Source of the DNA: Candidatus Omnitrophota bacterium
Lineage (GTDB): Bacteria > Omnitrophota > Gorgyraeia > 2-02-FULL-51-18
Direction: 5' to 3'
DNA: 34,727 nt
NCBI GenBank assembly: GCA_031379345.1
Contig: JANNFA010000023.1
Coordinates: 1-34,727, forward strand
Part shown: piece after piece, positions 8,849 to 15,374 of the stretch
Position numbering within the stretch: position 1 is the stretch's first letter
How the letters are laid out: the number at the start of each line of letters is the position of its first letter
Position numbers and translations under genes: made by a program
Notes under the pieces: model-generated
What the model saw: only the letters and a program-made list of their open reading frames with translations
Told to the model about the DNA's origin: nothing
Database searches by the model: none

Positions 8849-11068
8849 ATGATGACTCCGGCTCTCAAAACCGCGGCGCCTGAACCCGGTTCGCTCCCAA
8901 TCGAACAGACGCTGGCAAAAGAACTGTCGGTCAAACCCTATCAAGTCTGGGCGGCGATTCGTCTCCTGGATAGCGGCTCAACGGTGCCTTTCATCGCACG
9001 CTACCGCAAAGAAGCGACCGGCGGCCTGTCGGACACGCACCTTCGCCTTTTATCCGAACGTCTGGAATATTTGCGCAGTCTGGAGTTTTCGCGCCGCACT
9101 ATCTCTGATTCGATCACCGACCAAGGAAAAATGACGCCAGCCCTCGCTGAAGCCCTTCAAAATGCACAGACCAAGACCGAACTCGAGGATCTTTATCTCC
9201 CGTTTCGACCCAACAAGAGATCGAAAGCAGTAGCAGCAAGAGCAGCGGGCCTTGAGCCTTTAGCACTCAAGCTTTTAAACGAACCCGAGCTGGATGCAGA
9301 AACAGAGGCCCAGGCGTACCTGGATGACTTGAAAGGTATCACCGCGGTCGAACAGGCACTGGACGGAGCGCGCGACATCCTAGTGGAAATGTTCATGGAA
9401 GATGCGGGTTTGATCGAAAAGCTCCGGGAAAAATTCTGGAACGAGGGCTGGATCTACTCGAGGCCCGTCTCAAAGACGCTGTCGCTCCATCCTGACTCCC
9501 AGAAATACAGGGACTACTTTGAATTCAGGGAAGCGTTTACAAAGATCCCGTCACACCGCATCCTGGCCATCCTTCGCGGACGCGCCGAGCAGATTTTGAC
9601 CACGCGTCTTGAGACCAATGGCCTCTTAGGATTCAACGATAAAGCCACGGACGATACCGAGTTCATCTCTGAAATCTTAAAAAAATTCCGCATCCGGCCG
9701 GGAAGCCGTTGGTTGATGCAGACTGTGATCTACGCATGGAAATACCCCATCCGCGTCAGCCTCGAGACGGAAATGACGTTCCGTTTGAAGAAAAAAGCCG
9801 AAGACGAAGCCATCCGCGTGTTCGCCGAAAACCTGAAGGAGCTGCTCTTGAGCGCTCCGGCTGGCGGGCGCATCGTGCTGGGACTCGATCCCGGCTTACG
9901 CACCGGTGTCAAAACAGCGTGCATTGATAAAACGGGAAAGGTGCTGGAATGTGCCGTGATTTACCCTCAGGAAAATCGGCTTTCCTCACTTCGCACGCTA
10001 AAACAATTGATAGAGAAACACTCGGTGGACCTCGTCGCCATCGGTAACGGCACAGCTTCCCGAGAGACCGAACAGTTGGTGTTGGAGCTTTTAAAGACCT
10101 GCCCTGAACTCAAGACAAAGAAAGTCGTGGTCTCCGAAGCGGGCGCCTCTGTCTATTCAGCGTCGGAGCTCGCCTCAAAAGAACTTCCTGAATTGGACGT
10201 GACATTGAGAGGGGCCGTCTCCATCGCGCGCCGCCTTCAGGACCCCTTGGCGGAGCTCGTCAAAATCGAGCCCAAGGCCATTGGTGTCGGCCAATACCAG
10301 CATGACATGAACCAATTCCGTCTCGAAAAAAGCCTGCGGGCCGTGGTCGAGGACTGCGTGAACAAGGTTGGCGTGGAAATGAACACGGCGTCTCCTTCGC
10401 TTTTATCCTACGTAGCGGGGCTCAACAAGGCGCTCGCCGAGAGCATCGTTGCTTTCCGGAATCAAAACGGGCCCTTCAAAACACGGGAAGATTTGAGAAA
10501 GGTGCCCGCATTCGGGCCAAAATCGTTTGAACAGGCCGCGGGTTTCCTGCGAATAGCGAACGGAGACAACCCACTCGACCGCTCAGGGGTCCACCCCGAG
10601 TCTTACGCCGTGGTGAAAAAAATCATGGACCGGCAAAAACTCGATTTGAATGCGCTTTTGGGAAACAGCGACCTTCTTCGTAACTTGGATCCGGAAGAAT
10701 TTGCGGATGAGACTTTCGGGGTGCCGACCCTATGCGATATTTTGTCCGAGCTTGAAAAGCCGGGCCGGGACCCCCGGCCGGAATTCCAAACAGCGGCGTT
10801 CGACGCCAAAGTGACCGAGATCGAGCACTTGACGCCGGGATTCATCCTCGAAGGCGTCATCACGAACGTGGCCAATTTCGGCGCATTCGTCGACATCGGC
10901 GTGCATCAGGACGGGCTGGTCCACATCTCCCAACTGTCCCATGATTTCGTGCAGGATCCCCGCAGTGTGGTCAAGCCAGGCCAGATCGTCCGCGTGAAAG
11001 TCCTCGAGATCGACAAGGCCCGGAAACGAATTTCACTTTCGATGAGGCTGAAAGAACACGTGAAGTGA
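8849..11068 (+). CDS. tex: Transcription accessory protein Tex (YqgF/HhH/S1 domains)
   Basis: 739-aa ORF with STVPFIARYRKE at the N-terminus and a C-terminal S1 domain (GVITNVANFGAFVDIGVHQDGLVHIS). Confidence 0.9.
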   Translation: MMTPALKTAAPEPGSLPIEQTLAKELSVKPYQVWAAIRLLDSGSTVPFIARYRKEATGGLSDTHLRLLSERLEYLRSLEFSRRTISDSITDQGKMTPALAEALQNAQTKTELEDLYLPFRPNKRSKAVAARAAGLEPLALKLLNEPELDAETEAQAYLDDLKGITAVEQALDGARDILVEMFMEDAGLIEKLREKFWNEGWIYSRPVSKTLSLHPDSQKYRDYFEFREAFTKIPSHRILAILRGRAEQILTTRLETNGLLGFNDKATDDTEFISEILKKFRIRPGSRWLMQTVIYAWKYPIRVSLETEMTFRLKKKAEDEAIRVFAENLKELLLSAPAGGRIVLGLDPGLRTGVKTACIDKTGKVLECAVIYPQENRLSSLRTLKQLIEKHSVDLVAIGNGTASRETEQLVLELLKTCPELKTKKVVVSEAGASVYSASELASKELPELDVTLRGAVSIARRLQDPLAELVKIEPKAIGVGQYQHDMNQFRLEKSLRAVVEDCVNKVGVEMNTASPSLLSYVAGLNKALAESIVAFRNQNGPFKTREDLRKVPAFGPKSFEQAAGFLRIANGDNPLDRSGVHPESYAVVKKIMDRQKLDLNALLGNSDLLRNLDPEEFADETFGVPTLCDILSELEKPGRDPRPEFQTAAFDAKVTEIEHLTPGFILEGVITNVANFGAFVDIGVHQDGLVHISQLSHDFVQDPRSVVKPGQIVRVKVLEIDKARKRISLSMRLKEHVK

Positions 11069-11938
11069 CCGGAGACTTTTGACGATCGAAACCAAGGGAT
11101 AGATGTTTTGGCGGATGGGCGTCAGTATCAGCGACAGACCGCCCGCGGAAGTTTCCACAGGAAAATCTTTATTAGGAATGCCCGTCTCGGGGTATTCGTC
11201 CCAGCCCATGTACTGCGTGCCGAATAGCCTGTCCCAGAACGAGAATATGACCCCAAAGTTTTTGTCATAGTGGACAGTCTCGATCGAATGGTGCACACGA
11301 TGAGACTGCGGCGTGACAAGAACGTAGCGCAGCCAGCCATAGTTCGTGCGGATACGCGCATGATAGACGCGCGTGTACCACTCGTGTATCAGCATGTAAT
11401 ACAGGATTTGGTCCCAATCAGCCTGGAGTATCAAAAGGGGGATCGTAACAACGGTTATCGAGATGAGGTATTCAAGCGCGTGATACCGCAAGTCCGTGAA
11501 AAGGTTCATCTCTTTCTGCGAATGATGCACTTCGTGCAGTTTCCAAAACCACGGCACTTTGTGCCTTAACCAATGGTGAAACCAATCTAAAAAATCGATC
11601 ACGAGCACCCAGACCGTGCATTTTAAGAGGAGGGGCAAATCACCCATCGGGACCTTTAGAAAGCTCAAGTGCTGGTCATAGACTCCCGTCAAATAACGAA
11701 CGTAGACACTATGGATCACGACCCAAAATACGGACTGCAACGCGACCCAGACGATATCTTGAAAGAAACCGAGCGTAAAAGTCTTTTGCCCAGTCCGTAT
11801 CGGGAAGCGGCGCTCGAGAAGCAGGATCGCCGCCGCGCCGGCGTAAAGCAACGGCACTGAGAACGTCTGCTGGATAGAAACGGACCATAGCTTTTGAAAT
11901 AACTGCAGCCAAGACTGAGCGTCGTAGGGGACTACCAT
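11033..11938 (-). CDS. Fatty acid hydroxylase / sterol desaturase superfamily membrane protein
   Basis: His boxes HHWLRH, HEVHH and HRVHH, plus multiple TM spans. I chose the ATG at 11938 (MVVPYD), which overlaps the upstream stop. The 3' end overlaps tex convergently by 36 nt. Confidence 0.7.
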   Translation of the reverse strand: MVVPYDAQSWLQLFQKLWSVSIQQTFSVPLLYAGAAAILLLERRFPIRTGQKTFTLGFFQDIVWVALQSVFWVVIHSVYVRYLTGVYDQHLSFLKVPMGDLPLLLKCTVWVLVIDFLDWFHHWLRHKVPWFWKLHEVHHSQKEMNLFTDLRYHALEYLISITVVTIPLLILQADWDQILYYMLIHEWYTRVYHARIRTNYGWLRYVLVTPQSHRVHHSIETVHYDKNFGVIFSFWDRLFGTQYMGWDEYPETGIPNKDFPVETSAGGLSLILTPIRQNIYPLVSIVKSLRSLHVFFQPHRK

Positions 11939-12441
11939 TCTTGGAGTTTTTTTCCGCAGACAGGACAGACTATAAAAATACGCTCGGTGACTTCGACGCA
12001 CCGGGAACAATATTTGGAATTTGTCTTACGCGCTATTTGTTTCATTCGGGTTCTTTTCACGAACCATGTTACGACTAGAATTAGTGCCGTGACACCCCCC
12101 ACAAGCGCGTAATCCATGCCTCCGCTCGGACAGAATTTAAACCCCAGGATCCTCAGTGCCCAGACAATAAAAAGCACCGCAAATAAAGAAAAAAACCCGC
12201 TGCGCTTCTGGCTGACCGCATCGGAAGTATTGTTCATTGCCGATTGAAAACTGCGGGCCACCATCGCCCCCAAAAATAATGCCGGAATGAGGAGCATCAG
12301 TCCGGCATCCACGCGGTTGGGCCACGTGTCGAATTTAAGCCGGGGCATCAAGTTCTTGAACCTCTGTTCGTTAAAAGAACAGGTTTTGATATCCGTAGGC
12401 TTCCATTGTTTTTCGGCGGAACGTTCCTGGGTGGGTTCCAT
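11932..12441 (-). CDS. Membrane protein with a C-terminal zinc ribbon
   Basis: About 3 TM spans and C-terminal CSRC...CPVC. I chose the start at ATG 12441 (MEPTQ), 7 nt after the helicase stop. No family recognised. Confidence 0.5.
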   Translation of the reverse strand: MEPTQERSAEKQWKPTDIKTCSFNEQRFKNLMPRLKFDTWPNRVDAGLMLLIPALFLGAMVARSFQSAMNNTSDAVSQKRSGFFSLFAVLFIVWALRILGFKFCPSGGMDYALVGGVTALILVVTWFVKRTRMKQIARKTNSKYCSRCVEVTERIFIVCPVCGKKLQEW

Positions 12442-12448
12442 GGATTTA

Positions 12449-13801
12449 TTATATAGCCCCAAAGTTGTACTCGACCAAATTAAAGTTCTTATAAAATTCA
12501 AGGACACGACTGTCAAAAATGACGTCTGACGAATGGATCTTTCTTTTCAGTCGTATCCCTTCGAGTCGGGTGCATCGGCTAAGCGCGACATAGACCTGCC
12601 CGTGTGCGAATGCGCCGCTACCGACGTCGATCACGACGTCATCAAATGTCTGTCCCTGGCTTTTATGGATCGTGATCGCCCAGGCAAGTTTCAGAGGAAA
12701 TTGGTCGAAAGTACCAATGACATGAGGTTCGATGCGATTGGCTTCTTCGCTATAGACGTACTGTATTTTTTCCCACTTATGGCGCGGCACATCGTAAAGA
12801 TTGCCGTTAAGGTTGACCCTGATGGAGGAATCTGTTAGCTCTTCGATAATACCGATCGAGCCATTGACCCAGCGCTTTTTCTCCACATCATTCTTGATCA
12901 TCATGATTTGAGCGCCTTTTTTAAGGACCAGAGAAAAATCATTCGGGTATTCTCTTTCCTCAAACTTTTGGGCGACTTTTGCCTGGTATCGATACGGCCT
13001 GTCTTCAATTTTTGAAAGGTTGTACGCGTTTATCCGGGAAGCCGCCTCATTGGTCGCGGTCAGAACAACAAATACCTCCTCCTCATCAAAATGATCCTCT
13101 TCAATGAGACGTGAGTTAAGAAGCGCCATGTCCTTCTCTGTGTGTTTATTTTCGCGAACGTTGTTCAATAAGGAGATGAACTTGGGGTCTGATTGACGGA
13201 ATATATGGGTGAGTTCATAACAGCGGATGTTCCGTTTTCCAAATACGCGTGCGCTAAAAAAGAATGGGCTTTGATATTTTTTTTCAAAAAATTCATTCAT
13301 GTCGCGCCCCACAACGGGCGGTAGTTGAAATAGATCTCCTATTAATATTATTTTGACCCCGCCAAACGGCTTATTGTTTGAGCGATTGATCCTAAGGGAC
13401 AGGTCTATCCCGTCCATCACATCGGCCCTTATCATCGATGCTTCGTCGATCACGAGCGTGTCCATCTCTTGGATCAAGGCTCTGGTTTTTCCAAGAAGCT
13501 TTACTTCGCTTTCTTGTATAAATCGAGGCGGTAGTTGAAAAAACGAATGGATGGTTTGTCCGCCAACGTTGATCGCGGCGATTCCCGTGGGCGCCAAAAC
13601 AACAACTTTTTTGCTGGTTGTGGTTCTGAAATAGCGCAGCAGAGTGGATTTACCGGTACCGGCCCGGCCTGTGATGAACTGGCACTCCTCGCCATTTTTC
13701 ATTAACTCCAGCGCCGCCTTAAAATCGTCGGTTAACTGGATGTCCTTTATTCCGATATTCTCTTTGGCGGAAAATGATTTCTTTGTTATCGGTGATTTCA
13801 T
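12449..13801 (-). CDS. Pif1/RecD-like SF1B DNA helicase
   Basis: 450-aa ORF with Walker A GRAGTGKSTLL, LAPTGIAAINVGGQTIHSFF, Walker B LVIDEASMI and motif V/VI AITIHKSQGQTFD...VALSR. Confidence 0.8.
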   Translation of the reverse strand: MKSPITKKSFSAKENIGIKDIQLTDDFKAALELMKNGEECQFITGRAGTGKSTLLRYFRTTTSKKVVVLAPTGIAAINVGGQTIHSFFQLPPRFIQESEVKLLGKTRALIQEMDTLVIDEASMIRADVMDGIDLSLRINRSNNKPFGGVKIILIGDLFQLPPVVGRDMNEFFEKKYQSPFFFSARVFGKRNIRCYELTHIFRQSDPKFISLLNNVRENKHTEKDMALLNSRLIEEDHFDEEEVFVVLTATNEAASRINAYNLSKIEDRPYRYQAKVAQKFEEREYPNDFSLVLKKGAQIMMIKNDVEKKRWVNGSIGIIEELTDSSIRVNLNGNLYDVPRHKWEKIQYVYSEEANRIEPHVIGTFDQFPLKLAWAITIHKSQGQTFDDVVIDVGSGAFAHGQVYVALSRCTRLEGIRLKRKIHSSDVIFDSRVLEFYKNFNLVEYNFGAI

Positions 13802-13900
13802 TCAGTGCCCATGATTTTTTGCTTATTTATTGTACCCGTACCCGCCGGCGATAGAGCCAACTATCAAATAGAGAACATTAGTCCCCATCTTAGATAAATC

Positions 13901-14959
13901 TCATTCATTAGGAGGGGTGGACAAACCTCCATCTTTGGCTCTAGAAATCATATTATCGATTTCTTCATTAGTCCTAATTGAAATTATATTTATACCCGGG
14001 TGGGATGATTTATAGACTCTAAATATTTCGTCGGCAAATGCCTGGCCTATCCTCTCGACTCCTTCGAAGTCCAATAAAACTTCTTTGAAGCGATCGAAAC
14101 GTACTAAAAGACGCTTTGCTTGGGATCTGGAAACGAGATTTTCATGCCCGTATATCGCTAGTTTGACGGGTACATGGGTTCTCGTAAACCCATGCTCATG
14201 GGCTTCAGATGCAAACTGATCGAAAATATCCTTCGCGACGCGCGAAGACTCCCTGTCTATCTTCATGCAAATAAATGTACCCTTTAGATTAGAATCTTCT
14301 TTATCTTCTATCAACCATTCGTCTCCATCTCCGTCCCTCCTCGAATAATAGAGTTTTCCAGATAAAATCGAAAAATAATCAAACATACGGGTCGTAAAGA
14401 AAATTCCTTCGCCGCTGTGGTTTTTGGGGTCTACAGTGACCTTACCTTTAGCAAGTTCCAATATCGCATGCCTGTGATCTTCGAGATGATAGGCTTGCTT
14501 GATTTTCTCAAAAATCCCCACTCCATCATCGGATACACGCATCTCGACGGTTTTAGCATTGGCTTTGAATTCAATGTTGCAAACACTTCCCTCCGAATGA
14601 TCCAAAACATTATTAAGCATCTCTGTAAACCCATAATTGCATATGAATACCACGTTCGGTTTGAGTTTTAATTCAGAGACAAGAGGCTCAATAAGGTCAC
14701 GCCATATTTTATCCTCGTGAAAACGGGGCTGTAACGGTAAATGCCATTTTTTTTTGATTATATCTCGAAGAAAATACTGTTTGTTGCGAGTCGTTCCTTC
14801 TGATGAAATCAAACCCTCTTCTTCAAGATTCTTTAAATATATATGGACCGCCTGTCTTGAAATACCAAATTTTTCGACAACCCTTTTTGAAACTTCTAAA
14901 GGGAAATCTTCGATATTCTCGAGAATAAACCTCTTAATGTCTTCTGATGAATATTCCAT
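13901..14959 (-). CDS. Fusion protein: winged HTH, SpoIIAB/RsbW-like GHKL ATPase and STAS-like (DUF4325-type) domain
   Basis: 352-aa ORF. wHTH FGISRQAVHIYLKNLEEEGLI; N-box EMLNNVLDHS; G1 DDGVGIF; G2 HSGEGIFF; C-terminal LLDFEGVERIGQAFADEIFRVY. Confidence 0.65.
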   Translation of the reverse strand: MEYSSEDIKRFILENIEDFPLEVSKRVVEKFGISRQAVHIYLKNLEEEGLISSEGTTRNKQYFLRDIIKKKWHLPLQPRFHEDKIWRDLIEPLVSELKLKPNVVFICNYGFTEMLNNVLDHSEGSVCNIEFKANAKTVEMRVSDDGVGIFEKIKQAYHLEDHRHAILELAKGKVTVDPKNHSGEGIFFTTRMFDYFSILSGKLYYSRRDGDGDEWLIEDKEDSNLKGTFICMKIDRESSRVAKDIFDQFASEAHEHGFTRTHVPVKLAIYGHENLVSRSQAKRLLVRFDRFKEVLLDFEGVERIGQAFADEIFRVYKSSHPGINIISIRTNEEIDNMISRAKDGGLSTPPNE

Positions 14960-14985
14960 AACTCTCTATTTTTAAATAGGTTACG

Positions 14986-15082
14986 ATTGACAACTCACGC
15001 CCGCAGAATTGTCAATGAATCAATCTATCATTGTCAATCCAGATATCTAACATTGTCAATCAAATGTACCATCATTGTCAAG
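14986..15082. repeat. Array of five 9-bp dyads ATTG(N)CAAT at exact 22-bp spacing (operator or iteron-like)
   Basis: Sites begin at 14986 (ATTGACAAC), 15008, 15030 and 15052 (ATTGTCAAT) and 15074 (ATTGTCAAG). A degenerate copy starts at 15093. The spacers are not conserved. Confidence 0.75.
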
Positions 15083-15121
15083 CAAATATTTGATTGACTA
15101 ATTGTATAATTTTGGTCTTTG

Positions 15122-15229
15122 AGCGACCCCAGGCCGTGCGCCCACTGCGCACGGCACTCTGGCGGCGGATGGAAACCGCCGCCTTCGCGGGAACCAGTAG
15201 TGGCGCCGATGCGCCAGAACCCCTCGCGG
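15122..15229. other. GC-rich module of three tandem perfect hairpins; function unknown
   Basis: Hairpins at 15133-15155 (9-bp stem), 15161-15183 (8-bp stem) and 15201-15216 (6-bp stem, nested in CGCGGG/CTCGCG 15186-15228). The module begins with an 11-nt copy of the tRNA-Glu 3' end. Confidence 0.5.
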
Positions 15230-15293
15230 CGCTATTTAATAAAATTGCCTCCATAAGCCGGAGGGCCCGTGGAGGCAATCTTATTAAATAGCG
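15230..15293 (-). terminator. Long inverted repeat; likely intrinsic terminator of the gyrBA-tRNA-Glu transcript
   Basis: 24-bp arms (15230-15253 and 15270-15293) with one mismatch and a 16-nt loop. On the minus strand the inner stem ATTGCCTCCA/TGGAGGCAAT is followed by TTTTATT. Confidence 0.5.
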
Positions 15294-15366
15294 ACCCCAG
15301 CGGGATTCGAACCCGCGTCATCACCGTGAAAGGGTGATGTCCTAGGCCAGGCTAGACGATGGGGTC
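15292..15366 (-). tRNA. tRNA-Glu (anticodon UUC)
   Basis: Hand-folded cloverleaf: acceptor GACCCCA/TGGGGTC, anticodon stem TCACC/GGTGA, loop CTTTCAC, T-arm GCGGG-TTCGAAT-CCCGC. CCA is not encoded. It lies 8 nt downstream of gyrA. Confidence 0.9.
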
Positions 15367-15374
15367 TAAAAGGC

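Noticed and set aside
14986-15102. The 22-bp periodic repeats read as a mini CRISPR array
   Set aside because: The conserved unit is only 9 bp with 13-bp spacers, far below CRISPR repeat and spacer sizes, and there are no cas genes. It fits protein-binding dyads better.
15094-15110. TTGACT ... TATAAT as a plus-strand promoter driving the hairpin module
   Set aside because: The two hexamers are only 5 nt apart, and no acceptable -35 lies 16-18 nt upstream of TATAAT. A -10 alone is insufficient evidence.
15078-15291. 65-66-aa ORFs on both strands in the GC-rich module
   Set aside because: The region consists of stacked perfect hairpins, the translations are Ala/Arg-rich with no motif, and there is no Shine-Dalgarno. 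I treat it as structured non-coding DNA or RNA.
15122-15293. The GC-rich module as RNase P RNA, SRP (4.5S) RNA or tmRNA
   Set aside because: Only a short CCGGCTTAT resemblance to the RNase P 3' region is present. The P4 motif GAGGAAAGTCC and the SRP GGAA-tetraloop domain motif are absent, and the length is too short for RNase P RNA.
12449-15300. The 11-bp tRNA-Glu repeat as the boundaries of a genomic island that contains the helicase cassette
   Set aside because: Both repeat copies lie on the tRNA side of the cassette, 168 bp apart, so they do not enclose it. I found no further copy between 11.0 and 15.0 kb by eye, and no integrase. Only the scar hypothesis is retained.
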